Source: Planctomycetota bacterium
GTDB lineage: Bacteria; Planctomycetota; J058; JAJDCP01
Assembly: GCA_029260765.1 (NCBI GenBank)
Contig: JAJDCP010000113.1
Span: 3,164-67,163, forward strand
Reading direction: 5' to 3'
DNA: 64,000 bases
Shown: piece by piece, positions 9,996 through 20,302 of the stretch
Numbering within the stretch: position 1 is the first letter of the stretch
Layout of the letters: every line of letters starts with the position of its first letter
Translations under genes and position numbers: made by a program
The notes under the pieces: generated by a model
Told to the model about the DNA's origin: nothing
Database searches by the model: none
The model's input: the letters and a program-made list of their open reading frames with translations, nothing else

Positions 9996-11119
9996 CGTTG
10001 AATGAAGCGCCGATCGATCCAAGCTTTCAAGCGCGCCAACCCACGGCTGCGGTAGGACCACCCGCCCCAGCTGGCCAGGGCCTGTCCGTCTGCGGTGCCC
10101 AGCAGGCTGAGGAAGCGGCGTTGCTGCCGGTAGGGCCGCAGCGCCGTGCCCGCGATGACCGCGCGCAGGTTCTCTGCCAGGGGCCCACCCATACGGACGG
10201 CGAACACGCCCGCACGCGGACGGGGCGCTCCGCGGAGCGTGGCGACATCGCCGGCGGCGAACACCGCTGGATGTGAGGTTGAACGCAGCTCTGTATCCAC
10301 CTCGATGAAGCCCTTGGGGTCCAGCGCCAGGCCCGTGCGCCGCAGCCAGCCTGCCGGCACCGCCCCGGTCACCCAGAGCAGGGCATCGAAAGCGTGCCAG
10401 CAACCTGTCTGGTCGAGCAAGCGCCCTGCCTCCACGCTGTGCACAGCGCAGCCCAGACGCAGCCGTACGCCACGCTTGCGCAGAATCCCTGCCAGGATCG
10501 AGCCCGCCCGGCGGCCGTGTCCCGGCAGCAGCCGGCGGGCGCGGCTGAACAGCGTCCAAGCTACCCGTCGGCCCGGCAGCTCGCGGCGCAGGCGCTGGCG
10601 GGCTGCCAGCAGGAGCTCGACGCCTGCTGCGCCGCCCCCGACCACAGCCAGGCGCAACCCTGCAGGGGCGCCTTGAAGGCGCTGCAGTAAGCTCTGCCAG
10701 TGCGCGAAGAAACGGTCGATGGGTTTGACGGGGAGGGCGTGGGCGGCCGCCCCCGGAGTGCTCAGATCGGGAGTCGCCCCCAGGTTCAGCGACAGCAGGT
10801 CGTAGCGCAGTTGGCGACCATCCCGCAACCGCACGCGTCCGGCGTGGGGGTCCAGCCCGGTGACTTCTGCGTGCACCAGCCGCGCCCCGGCGAAACGCGC
10901 CAGCGCTGGCAGCTCGATATGGGCCTGCGCAAAACGGTGCGTCCCTGCAATCAACCCGGGGAGCATGCCCGAGTAGGGCGCCCAGAGCTCGCGGCTCACC
11001 ACCGTCACGCGTGCGGCCGGAGGCTGCAGCCCGAAGCGCCGCAGCACCTCGACGTGGCTGTGTCCGCCGCCGAGCAGCAGCAGCTGGGGGAGCTTCTCTT
11101 TGTCAGCGTTTGGGGACAA
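9950..11119 (-). CDS. FAD-dependent pyridine nucleotide-disulfide oxidoreductase (NDH-2/SelD-N-terminal-like family)
   Basis: Dinucleotide-binding LLLLGGGHSHVEVL and a second VVGGGAAGVELL. FAAGDVA motif near the C-terminus. Confidence 0.75.
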   Translation of the reverse strand: MSPNADKEKLPQLLLLGGGHSHVEVLRRFGLQPPAARVTVVSRELWAPYSGMLPGLIAGTHRFAQAHIELPALARFAGARLVHAEVTGLDPHAGRVRLRDGRQLRYDLLSLNLGATPDLSTPGAAAHALPVKPIDRFFAHWQSLLQRLQGAPAGLRLAVVGGGAAGVELLLAARQRLRRELPGRRVAWTLFSRARRLLPGHGRRAGSILAGILRKRGVRLRLGCAVHSVEAGRLLDQTGCWHAFDALLWVTGAVPAGWLRRTGLALDPKGFIEVDTELRSTSHPAVFAAGDVATLRGAPRPRAGVFAVRMGGPLAENLRAVIAGTALRPYRQQRRFLSLLGTADGQALASWGGWSYRSRGLARLKAWIDRRFIQRYAELPSSVRSRQDS

Positions 11120-12140
11120 CCAGCTCTCTCTCGAGCATCGAAGCTACTGTGTCGTGCACCGTCTCTGCCACGGGGCGGTAGCTCAGCTTCAGGGAGGTCT
11201 TGGAGCGGCTGTTGTCGACCCGCGTCTGATTGCCCAGCCAAGCCCGCAACATCGGCCAGGAGAGGCGCTTGTCGAACAGCGCGACCGCATACATGACGAA
11301 GTTCGGCAGCCGCCCGGTGGGGACCTTGATGTCCGGGAAGTCCGTCTTGATCATCTTCGCCAGTTCCTGCATGCTGCGGCCTTCGTTGTAGAGCAGGTGG
11401 CGCCCGGTCACCTCGGGGTCTTCGAGCGCATTGGCCTGCGCGATCGCGACATCGCGCACGTCGACGAGGCCGAAATGGAAGTTGGGGCAGGCGGGAAAGT
11501 TGCGCTTGAGCAGGTCGACCAGCACCGTCGGGCTGGCCTTGCAGTGGGCTTTGGTGTACACCGGGCCGAGCACCAGGGCGGGGTTGACGGCCACCACGCG
11601 CGGCTTGCTCTCGCTGGGTTGTGCCTCAGCCCAATCCCAGACAGCTTGTTCGGCCTGCGCTTTGGCAAGGCCGTAGGGATCGCTTTTCAGTGTGGCCGTG
11701 GAATTCCAATCCTTCTCGCTGTAGACGTGCTCGGCCTTTTCATCACGCCGGTAGATGGCAGCGACCGAAGAGGTCTGGATGACTGTGCGGACCGTGCCGG
11801 CCTGGGCGATCGAGGCGAGCACATTGCGGGTGCCCTCGAGCGAGGGGTCGACGATATCGGTCTGGGGGTTCTTTGCCGTCAACCGTACGACGGCGGCCAC
11901 ATGGCAGACCGCATCGCAGCCGGCGATGGCCTCATCAAAGCTGCCCGGCTTCATCAGATCCGCACTGAACAGCTCGAGAGGATGCGCGGGCTCGGCGACC
12001 AGTTGCTGCAGATGCGCCGTCTTGACGGGGTTCTGGGCATCCCGCACGGTCGCACGCACGTGATGGCCGCGTTCGAGCAACTCACGCACGACGTGGCTGC
12101 CGACAAAGCCGGATGCTCCGGTCACACAAACAGTGGCCAT
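11103..12140 (-). CDS. NAD-dependent epimerase/dehydratase family SDR (dihydroflavonol/cinnamoyl-CoA reductase-like)
   Basis: Start at MATVCVTGASGFVGSHVVRELLERGH with AGGAGA upstream. YGLAKAQAE (YxxxK) catalytic motif. Confidence 0.85.
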   Translation of the reverse strand: MATVCVTGASGFVGSHVVRELLERGHHVRATVRDAQNPVKTAHLQQLVAEPAHPLELFSADLMKPGSFDEAIAGCDAVCHVAAVVRLTAKNPQTDIVDPSLEGTRNVLASIAQAGTVRTVIQTSSVAAIYRRDEKAEHVYSEKDWNSTATLKSDPYGLAKAQAEQAVWDWAEAQPSESKPRVVAVNPALVLGPVYTKAHCKASPTVLVDLLKRNFPACPNFHFGLVDVRDVAIAQANALEDPEVTGRHLLYNEGRSMQELAKMIKTDFPDIKVPTGRLPNFVMYAVALFDKRLSWPMLRAWLGNQTRVDNSRSKTSLKLSYRPVAETVHDTVASMLERELVVPKR

Positions 12141-12219
12141 TGTTTCTCCTTGGCAAGCCTGATGGACAAACCGGGCGGGGAGACCGCCCGGCACACTCCC
12201 AGGATCGAACTGTGTCTGT

Positions 12220-13182
12220 TCAGTCCGACGCTTCGGGCTGGTCTTCCCACCAGTTGTTCCAGGCAGCGACATCGTTGCCGAAGCTCTGTCCACTGATGCT
12301 CGAGAGCGCGCCCACCGCGCTGGACTTCAACTGCTCCAGCACGGTCACCGGCACGTTCACGTTGGTGCTGACGCCGGTGTAGGAGATGGTGGGCAGCTGC
12401 ACGATGGCGTTGCTCGCGGCGTTGCCGATGGTGCCGAGCTGGGTCGGCGAGCTGTTCTGCATGCTGCCGCGGGCGAGCTGGGCGCGGATCTCGAGCCCGG
12501 CCGTCTCGACGACTTGCATCAATGCGGGCACCGAGCGGCGTGAACCTATGTCTTGCAAGAAGTGCATCGCTTTCAGCCGGCGGGCTGCCTTGACGTCGTT
12601 GACTGCCACCGCCTCGTAGTACTTGCGCGTCATCTCGGCGTCTGACGCCAGCGCGGTCTGGTGTGAGGCCATGACCGCAGCTTCGCGTTGCGAGGTCAGC
12701 GAGCAGGCAACCAGTCCCCAGATCGCCAGCTGGCTGTCGATGCTGGCGAGCTGCTCCCGGGCGAAAGCGCGCGTGTCGGCGTCGCGTTCGTCCAGCGCCT
12801 CGGACAGCGGGTCGATCCGGCTGGCCTCGTCGAAGCCTGTCAGGGCGGCGGCGATCTGCTGGCGTTCATCGACGTCGGCGCGCGCGTAGTCGCCGAGCAG
12901 TCTGTCCAGCTTGCGATGCGCGCTCTTGAGGAAGCTCTGGCGCGCCCGCGCCAGCTTCTTGAGCTGCTTGGCATCTGCTTGTGCGCCCGGTTGCACCGCG
13001 CGCAACTCGCTGCGGGCAAAGCTGTGTTTCTTGCCTTTGAGGTCGAGGATGGTCAGAGTGCCCGCGGCCTCTCCGACGAACCAACCTTCGAGATGCTTGC
13101 CATCGGCCAGCTGGTAGGTGTCGGCACAGAGGCCGCCTGCCAATAAGAGACAAAAACCGAGAGCCAGGGCGGGAGACCGCAT
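12220..13182 (-). CDS. Secreted hypothetical protein, helical-repeat-like
   Basis: Signal peptide MRSPALALGFCLLLAGGLCA with GGAGG 7 nt upstream. High GC3. No family recognised. Confidence 0.6.
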   Translation of the reverse strand: MRSPALALGFCLLLAGGLCADTYQLADGKHLEGWFVGEAAGTLTILDLKGKKHSFARSELRAVQPGAQADAKQLKKLARARQSFLKSAHRKLDRLLGDYARADVDERQQIAAALTGFDEASRIDPLSEALDERDADTRAFAREQLASIDSQLAIWGLVACSLTSQREAAVMASHQTALASDAEMTRKYYEAVAVNDVKAARRLKAMHFLQDIGSRRSVPALMQVVETAGLEIRAQLARGSMQNSSPTQLGTIGNAASNAIVQLPTISYTGVSTNVNVPVTVLEQLKSSAVGALSSISGQSFGNDVAAWNNWWEDQPEASD

Positions 13183-13260
13183 AGAGCATCCTCCGAGATA
13201 TTTGCAACCTCAGTTATAACGGATGCGCGCTCGCAGATGTTCCTGAAGTTCCTATCGAGG

Positions 13261-14520
13261 CTATTGAGCCCGCGCCAGAGCGCCCTCGAGCCTGCCCAGA
13301 CCGCGCTCGAGCACATCCATGGGCGGTCCGAAAGAGAAGCGCACGTAGCGGGCAAAGCGGGACTCTCTGTGGATGCGCCGTTTGCCCGGATTGACGTCGA
13401 AGAAGACCCCCGGCACGCTGATGACCTTCTGCTCGAGCCCGCGCCGGAAGAAGCTCATGCCATCGTTCCAACCCGCGGGCAGGTCCGCGACCGAGCCCCA
13501 GATGTAGAAGGCTCCGGCGGGGGCCGCGTCGAGGCGCACTCCCATACCGAGCAGTCGTTTGAGCATCAGCTGGCGCTTGGCCTTGAAGGTCTGGCGGATC
13601 GCCCGCGCCTCCGCATCCGCGTTTTCGGGTTCCAACAGGGGCAGCGCCGCCCATTGCAAAGGGTGGGGCGCACCGCCGTCGAGGAAGGAGCCGACGCTGG
13701 AGATCGCGTCGATGACTTCCCGTGGCCCGAGTGTCCAGCCGATGCGCCAACCGGGATAGCGCCAGTTCTTGGTCAGACCGTCGAACACGACCACGGGATC
13801 GCTGTCGACGTCCTCGACATAGGCTGCTGCGCTGACCGAGCCGAAGGGGGCGGCCGCGTCATCCCAGATGTAGTTCGAGTAGAACTCGTCGAACAACAGC
13901 ACCGACCCCAGGCTGCGTCCGACCCGCACCCAGTCTTCCAACTGCCTGCCAGCCACCAGCTTGCCGGTTGGATTGGAGGGATTGCTGAGCAGCACCGCGC
14001 CCAGGCCCCGGCTGACGATCTCGCGCTCGAGCTCGAGCGCAGAGAACGCGTATCCCCGATCGGGCTCGAGTGGAATGGGAATCGGGTTGAACAGCTCGAA
14101 CAGCTCGAGCAGCTCTTCGTAGGCGGTGTAGTCGGGCAGGAAATGGCCGACATGGGTACGCCCCAGTGCCGCAGCCAGGCGTGACAGGCTCAGACGTCCG
14201 CCGCTGGCGATCGCGACGTTCTCCACCCCATACTGGCTCGCCTTTCCCACCCGGTAACGGGCGTTGTAGAGCCGCGCCACCGCAGCGCGTAGCTCGGTCA
14301 AGCCCACCACCGGAGAGTACTCGCGGCTGTTGTCCCGCAGCGTGACCTCGTTCAAGCGCGGCGGTGCACCGGGCAGGTCGCCGGTCTCGGGTGCTCCCTG
14401 GCCGAGATTCACCCAGCTGGGATCGCCGTAGCGGAAGCCCTGCTTCTGGGCTTCAGTCATCACGTAGATCACGCCCGTGCGGGGTACGCGGCGGAAGGTG
14501 TTGCTCAGGTGGTCGGCCAT
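13261..14520 (-). CDS. Pyridoxal-phosphate-dependent aminotransferase, class I/II
   Basis: 419 aa. NLGQGAPE, LLSNPSNPTG and FDGLTKNWRYPGWRIGW (Lys-containing PLP motif region) are typical of fold-type I aminotransferases. Confidence 0.85.
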   Translation of the reverse strand: MADHLSNTFRRVPRTGVIYVMTEAQKQGFRYGDPSWVNLGQGAPETGDLPGAPPRLNEVTLRDNSREYSPVVGLTELRAAVARLYNARYRVGKASQYGVENVAIASGGRLSLSRLAAALGRTHVGHFLPDYTAYEELLELFELFNPIPIPLEPDRGYAFSALELEREIVSRGLGAVLLSNPSNPTGKLVAGRQLEDWVRVGRSLGSVLLFDEFYSNYIWDDAAAPFGSVSAAAYVEDVDSDPVVVFDGLTKNWRYPGWRIGWTLGPREVIDAISSVGSFLDGGAPHPLQWAALPLLEPENADAEARAIRQTFKAKRQLMLKRLLGMGVRLDAAPAGAFYIWGSVADLPAGWNDGMSFFRRGLEQKVISVPGVFFDVNPGKRRIHRESRFARYVRFSFGPPMDVLERGLGRLEGALARAQ

Positions 14521-14779
14521 GGGTCCTCGCGCGGCGGCAGTTGCCGGTCCATTGTGCGGGCAGGCCGCGGCATTGCAAGCGGGCAGCGTCGATCGCCGGT
14601 GGCTGTGAGCTCGGGGCTGGTTGTGAAGTGCCGATGGCCTGATTTTCTGGATCTGCTTGCTGCGTTTGATTCCTGGAATGTGTAGACTCCTATTTGAAGT
14701 CTCAAGCTTGTTGTCAGCTAGCCATTTGGCTTACTGGAGCGCTCCGAACCGGTGCGTGAAACCTCAGCGGAGAATCTCG

Positions 14780-17700
14780 ATGCCCGTCACCGACCGCGCA
14801 CGCCGTTCCTCTCTCGGACAAAGAGCCCTCGTTACCGCCACGCTGGCCTGTTGGGCTCTGCTGGCGGCGGTGCCCCCAGCTGTGTGGGCCGACGAAACCC
14901 GGCCGCAGTCCGCAGGAGACGCAGCCCCGCCGGCTGCCGAGGTGATCCTCAGCGGTCCCGACCTGTTGATCACTGCGGGCCTCGATGGCGGAGATGTGCA
15001 GCTGTGCCTGCGTACAGACGGGAAAATGCTGTACCTCAACGATGAGGCTGGCCAGGCGCTGTCTTCCAGGGTTCCTGGCACGCTCGGCGCGGGCAGCCCG
15101 TTCCTGGCGATTCCGCTGACGAGCTTTGAAGGGGCGGTCATCGTCTCGACCCAGGCGGGCGACGACTTGCTGACCGTCGACTTGAGCTGGGGCGATTTCA
15201 CGCGTCCGATCCACTACCACGGCGGTGGGCAGCGCAGCGACCCGACAGGCGTGGGAGACGCGCTGGCTTTCGTCTCGCAGCTACCGAAACAGAGCGCATC
15301 GTTGGAGTTCTTCAACGCACACGACGGTACGGTCGCTTTCGATGGCAACGCCCAGGTCTGGTACACCGGGCTCGAGCCGATCACCAGCACGATCACAGTC
15401 GCGGACGTAACCCTGAACTACGCCGTGGCCTCCGAGACCATCACGGTCGCCAACGCAACCACGGCGGGGCAGACCATGGTCGATTCGACCAATGGCGAGA
15501 TCTTTACCTTCAACAACCCGACCAACTCGCTGACCATCAACGCGGGCGATACCGGCGACGACCGCATCGAGGTGATGGGGGTCGACAGTGCGTGGGTAGC
15601 CGCCATCAACCTGTTTGGCCAAGGCGGGACAGACACGGTCGCGTTCCTGGGAGCCCTGGATACAGGCGGCGGCGACCTGACGGTGCTGAGCGAGAGCCTG
15701 GAGCTTTCGGCCACGATCACGGCCAGCGGGGCGACCGTCGACCTTCAGCAGGAGTCCGGAGATCTGAGCTTGGGAAGCTCGATCAGCGCGGGAACCGCGT
15801 TGCTGACCGCCGACGCCGGCAGCATCCTCGACGGCACGGGTGCGGAAGCGACCCTGATCACGGCGGATTCCACCGCGCTGCGGGCGACCACGGGTATTGG
15901 AGACGCGTCGGTGGATGCGAGCGACATCGACATCGATGCTGTGCATCTGGCGGCGACAACATCCACAGGCGACATCAGCATCTCTGACGCGGCTGCGCTG
16001 ACCATCAATACCGTGGATGGTCTGGTCGGTGTGGCGATCACCACGGGAGGGGCCGGTGACGACATCTTGATCCGCGAAGGCGCGACCAGCGGCACCGATG
16101 ACATCGATGTCGATCAGGTCGTCAGCAACGCGGGCGACGGAAACATCACGCTGGCCGCCGACGGCAACACGACCTCCGACGACATCGAGATCCGGGCGGC
16201 GATCACGGCTACGGGCGGCAGTATCTATCTATACAGCTACGACGATGTCGACGGTGTAGGGACAGTGACGGTCAGCGCCGACGATGTCATCGAGGTGTAT
16301 TGCGGCGAGGTCTTTGTCTTTGGGGGAACGCCGACTGCGGGAAATGCCGGCGGCAGCTTCGAGGACGCCACACTGTTCCAGCTCGTCACCAGCAACGACA
16401 GCATCAAGGTGTCTGCAGCTGACAACATCACGTTGGATGCCGTCAACGCGGCGAGCGGCGGCGCTGAAGTGATCCTGACGGCCGACAGTGATGGCAACGG
16501 CAGCGGCGCGATCGTCGATGGCCTGGCCAGTGAGGATGCCAACATCACCGCCTCGAACGTCGCCCTGCGCGCCGCCGAGGGCATCGGCGCCACCCCTGAC
16601 CTCGACCTCGACGTCAGCGGCAGCGTCGCGGCATCCAACTCCACGTCGGGCGACATCATCCTGGACAACGCCAGCGGCTCGAACCTCGACATCGGCAGCG
16701 TCGCGGGCCTGGTGGGCGTGACCAACCCGGGCGGTGGCGTCACGATCAGAAACGCCAGCCCGCTGACCGTGACCGAGAACGTGTCTGCATTGGGGTTGGT
16801 CATCCTGATCGCCACCGACTCGGCGTCGAGCGGGGACGACCTGACGGTCGAGACCGGTGTCACGGTCGAGTCGACCGGGGACGACGTCGATCTTCGGGCG
16901 GGCGACGACTTGCTGCTGGTAGCCGGCTCCACTGTGGCCGGCCAAGATCTGCTGGTGGCCGTAGACTTCGGTGATGCCGACTCGGGCACTGGTGCCAGCG
17001 CACAGTTCCTCGGCACACTGACGTTCACAGGCAGCGGCACCATCGACGGCGAAGCCGATGCCGACGTGTTCAGCTTCGATCCTGTGGCGAGCAGCGGGAC
17101 GGGCTACAGCTTTGATGGGGCGGGCGGCGACGACGTGTACACCGTGCAGCTCGGTGCGCTGGGCGCACCCCTGAGCATGGACGACCAGAGCAGCGAAGGC
17201 AGTGACACGCTGTACGTGCAGGGCACAAGCAGCGCCGATGATCTGACAATCACCGACACGGGCGTCTCGGGGGGCGGCGAGTCGATCGGCTACGGTGCCA
17301 ACCTCGAACATCTAGACATCGACAGCCTGGCCGGCGATGACGACTTCGATGTCAGCCCGTCGACCACCGCGAGCTATGCACTGTTCGGCGGAGACCCGAC
17401 CACGCCACCGGGCGATCAGCTGGTTTTCCAGGTTCCCGGTGGACAGACCAGCACTTTCACGCCCAGCGGCACCGACGGGGGCACCATCGCGACCACCGGA
17501 GGCTATCAAGACGTCGTCATCGACGAGTTCGAGAGCATCCTCGATTTCGGGGATGCACCGAGCCCGTATCCGGTCACGCTCTCCGAAAACGGTGCGCGGC
17601 ATTTTGGCGATGGAACCATCCGCCTGGGCAGCAACTTCGACATCGAGTTGTTCGCCGGACATTCGGACAGCGCGAATTTCGACGACCTCGACAATGTCGA

Positions 17701-18508
17701 CGACGAGGACGGCTTGGTGTTCAACGTGCCGACGCTGATCGCTGGGGCCGGCGGGGTGGTTGTGGTCGAGGCATCGACGGCCTGCCTGCTCGATGCATGG
17801 ATCGACTTCAACGGGGACGGAAGTTGGGGAGGAGCGGGCGAGCAGATCTTCACCAGCCAATCTTTGAGCGCCGGCTCGGACAGCCTGATCTTTGCGATTC
17901 CCGTCGGTCTGACGCCAGGTTTGAGCTTCGCCCGTTTCCGCGTCAGCAGTGCCGGGGGCTTGAGCCCGCTCGGCCTGGCGGCCGACGGTGAGGTGGAAGA
18001 CTTCCCGACCCAGTTGGACGTCGATACCGACCGCGACGGGCTCGGTGACGCGTTGGAAGCGATCCTTCTGACGGACCCCAACAAGCAGGACAGCGATGGT
18101 GACGGCATCGACGACGGCGTTGAGGTCGTGATCGGCACGGATCCTTTGAGCTCTGGCGACCCCGCCGATCGGACGGACAGCGATTCGGACGGCATCCCCG
18201 ATGCTTTCGACAGCGCTCCCAACAACCCGGACGCCAACGGTGACGGCATCTACGACGGCTTTGCCCTGGCTCTGAATCAGGACGGCAGCATCGACGGCCC
18301 GTTCACCTACGCCGACCCCAACCTGGATGGTGTGCTCGATTTCGAGGATGTGCAGCTGATCTACATGATCGCCCGGACGGGCATGTTGGGTGGCGTGTTT
18401 CCCTACGATATCGACCTGGACCGTGATGGGATGATCACTCCGGCCGATGCGATGGTGCTGCTGTACTACCTGCGCGGGCAGGCTGGAGGCGTACCCCTGA
18501 GTCCCTGA
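14780..18508 (+). CDS. Large secreted repeat adhesin-like protein with GEVED domain, thrombospondin type-3-like Ca-binding repeats and C-terminal dockerin-like repeats
   Basis: Start at MPVTDRARR... with signal-like LVTATLACWALLAAVPPAVWA. Long T/G/D/A-rich repeats. DFGDAPSPYP...ADGEVEDF (GEVED). DTDRDGLGD, DSDGDGIDD, DSDSDGIPD. DPNLDGVLDFEDV and DLDRDGMITPADA. Confidence 0.8.
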   Translation: MPVTDRARRSSLGQRALVTATLACWALLAAVPPAVWADETRPQSAGDAAPPAAEVILSGPDLLITAGLDGGDVQLCLRTDGKMLYLNDEAGQALSSRVPGTLGAGSPFLAIPLTSFEGAVIVSTQAGDDLLTVDLSWGDFTRPIHYHGGGQRSDPTGVGDALAFVSQLPKQSASLEFFNAHDGTVAFDGNAQVWYTGLEPITSTITVADVTLNYAVASETITVANATTAGQTMVDSTNGEIFTFNNPTNSLTINAGDTGDDRIEVMGVDSAWVAAINLFGQGGTDTVAFLGALDTGGGDLTVLSESLELSATITASGATVDLQQESGDLSLGSSISAGTALLTADAGSILDGTGAEATLITADSTALRATTGIGDASVDASDIDIDAVHLAATTSTGDISISDAAALTINTVDGLVGVAITTGGAGDDILIREGATSGTDDIDVDQVVSNAGDGNITLAADGNTTSDDIEIRAAITATGGSIYLYSYDDVDGVGTVTVSADDVIEVYCGEVFVFGGTPTAGNAGGSFEDATLFQLVTSNDSIKVSAADNITLDAVNAASGGAEVILTADSDGNGSGAIVDGLASEDANITASNVALRAAEGIGATPDLDLDVSGSVAASNSTSGDIILDNASGSNLDIGSVAGLVGVTNPGGGVTIRNASPLTVTENVSALGLVILIATDSASSGDDLTVETGVTVESTGDDVDLRAGDDLLLVAGSTVAGQDLLVAVDFGDADSGTGASAQFLGTLTFTGSGTIDGEADADVFSFDPVASSGTGYSFDGAGGDDVYTVQLGALGAPLSMDDQSSEGSDTLYVQGTSSADDLTITDTGVSGGGESIGYGANLEHLDIDSLAGDDDFDVSPSTTASYALFGGDPTTPPGDQLVFQVPGGQTSTFTPSGTDGGTIATTGGYQDVVIDEFESILDFGDAPSPYPVTLSENGARHFGDGTIRLGSNFDIELFAGHSDSANFDDLDNVDDEDGLVFNVPTLIAGAGGVVVVEASTACLLDAWIDFNGDGSWGGAGEQIFTSQSLSAGSDSLIFAIPVGLTPGLSFARFRVSSAGGLSPLGLAADGEVEDFPTQLDVDTDRDGLGDALEAILLTDPNKQDSDGDGIDDGVEVVIGTDPLSSGDPADRTDSDSDGIPDAFDSAPNNPDANGDGIYDGFALALNQDGSIDGPFTYADPNLDGVLDFEDVQLIYMIARTGMLGGVFPYDIDLDRDGMITPADAMVLLYYLRGQAGGVPLSP

Positions 18509-18531
18509 GCTGGAGCCTGTGCACCCCCGTC

Positions 18532-20109
18532 TCAGCCATCCTCCAGCGCCCGCAGGCGCAGCTCGAGGTCAGCGCGGAAATCGAGCAGCCGCGCCCGCAG
18601 ACCTGCGACCTCGCTGCTTTCCTGCGCTGCCAGCCACTCATCCATGTTGCGCTCGGCCCGCCGCAGGGCGTCGAACAGCTCTTCGGAGGCGGCGCCCCGC
18701 ACATCCCCGCCGCGCCAATGCAGCGAGTCCGGCCAGGCGCGCAGGAAGTCGGCGCAGGCCTGCAATGCCCAGCGCAGGATGCGGTCGTGGTAGTCGCCGT
18801 CGTCTGGCGGCAGCTCGGCTTCCCAACCACGCACCTCCGAGAGCAGACCCGGGCGCAGGGCATGCAGCAAGGCCGTCTGGGGGCCTGCTGTGCTGAATCC
18901 CATGCGGGCCGCCCACTGTGAAGGGGTCTCGCTGGTGGTCGTCGTCGAGTCATCCTCAGGAGGTTCTGGGGGAATCGGCGCGGGAAACAAACCCAGAGCC
19001 CAGGCAGCCAAGACGCCTGCAGCGATGAAGACCAACAGGCCGACAGGCCAGAGCCAGCGAGGGAGTCGTGGAGAGGCTGCTGGTGGGGCCGGGGAGCCCG
19101 CTGGCTCCTGCGGCGCGGGCTCTACGGCGGCGATGGCCTCAGGCAAGGGCGGCGGCCCGGAGAGCTCGACCGCATTGTCCACCGAGCTCTGGCCATGGGG
19201 CGCTTCGCCCGCCAGGGGCTCGAGGGCGCGGGCCAGCTCAGCGCCGGTCTGGAATCGTGCGTCGGGATCTTTGGCCAGCAGCTTCTCGACGATGGCAGCC
19301 ATCGCCGGCGAGACTTTTCCGCCCAGGCTGGGTGGCGGATCGGCTACGTGCTGCTTGAGGAAGTTGACCAGCGCCGGACCTTTGAAGGGAGGCGCTCCGG
19401 TCAGCATCGCGAACAGTGTACAGCCCAGCGAGTAGAGATCTGAGCGATGGTCTGTGGCGTGGCTGTCTTCGCATTGCTCCGGAGACATGAAGGCCGGCGT
19501 ACCCATCAGCATGCCACGCACCGTCAGCTGCGCGCTGTCAGAGGCGTCGGCTTTGACCAGCCCGAAGTCCGCGATCTTCACCCGGCCGCTGGCCGACAGC
19601 AGCAGGTTGTCGGGCTTGATGTCCCGGTGGGTGATGCCCTGCTGCGCGGCAGCCCACAGGCCAAGAGCTGTCTGGCAAGCGATGGCGGCCGCCCGCTGCT
19701 CGCTGATGCCTGGGCCGCGGATCAGATCTTTGACCGAGCCTCCGGCGCAGTAGCCGAGCACGATGCAGAAGATCTCATCGCTGACGAACATGTCATGGAT
19801 CGGCACGATATACGGGCTGTCCAGCTGCGCCAGCGCGCGCGCCTCGCGCTGGAAGCGGCGCAGCAGCCCGGCATCGCTGGAGTGCTGGTGCGAGAGGATC
19901 TTGATCGCAACCTGCCGGGAGAGCTCGGTCTGGGTGGCCAGGAAGACCGCGCCCATCCCGCCCTCGCCGAGCTTGCGCTCGATCTTGAAGCCCCGCAGCT
20001 CTCGGCCTTCCCAGCCGGCGGAAGTTGCAGGTTGTGCCAGCATGGCCCCGCAGGCAGCGCAAAACTGTGCACGTTCGGGAGACTCAGCCGAGCAACGGGG
20101 ACAATTCAC
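18532..20109 (-). CDS. Ser/Thr protein kinase with N-terminal zinc ribbon, one TM segment and a C-terminal extracytoplasmic domain
   Basis: CPRCSAE..FCAACG. Kinase motifs GEGGMGAVF, VAIK, HRDIKPDNLL, ADFG, GTPAFMSPE. I prefer the GTG at 20109 because AGGAGG lies 5 nt upstream (the ORF track starts at 20124). Confidence 0.9.
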   Translation of the reverse strand: MNCPRCSAESPERAQFCAACGAMLAQPATSAGWEGRELRGFKIERKLGEGGMGAVFLATQTELSRQVAIKILSHQHSSDAGLLRRFQREARALAQLDSPYIVPIHDMFVSDEIFCIVLGYCAGGSVKDLIRGPGISEQRAAAIACQTALGLWAAAQQGITHRDIKPDNLLLSASGRVKIADFGLVKADASDSAQLTVRGMLMGTPAFMSPEQCEDSHATDHRSDLYSLGCTLFAMLTGAPPFKGPALVNFLKQHVADPPPSLGGKVSPAMAAIVEKLLAKDPDARFQTGAELARALEPLAGEAPHGQSSVDNAVELSGPPPLPEAIAAVEPAPQEPAGSPAPPAASPRLPRWLWPVGLLVFIAAGVLAAWALGLFPAPIPPEPPEDDSTTTTSETPSQWAARMGFSTAGPQTALLHALRPGLLSEVRGWEAELPPDDGDYHDRILRWALQACADFLRAWPDSLHWRGGDVRGAASEELFDALRRAERNMDEWLAAQESSEVAGLRARLLDFRADLELRLRALEDG

Positions 20110-20302
20110 GATGACCTCCTGCACACCGAATGTAGCACATCGCTGACGGGATCCCGACAGAACGCGGGTCGTGCCCGCGGACGCGGCCTGTCTCGGCCGC
20201 CGAGAATGGGCAAAGCGGTATCAGCGCACAGCCCGCAGCTTGAGTTGCACGGCGGGCAGCTCTACCCTGTAACGCACAACCACGCAATCGAACGGGGGAT
20301 CT

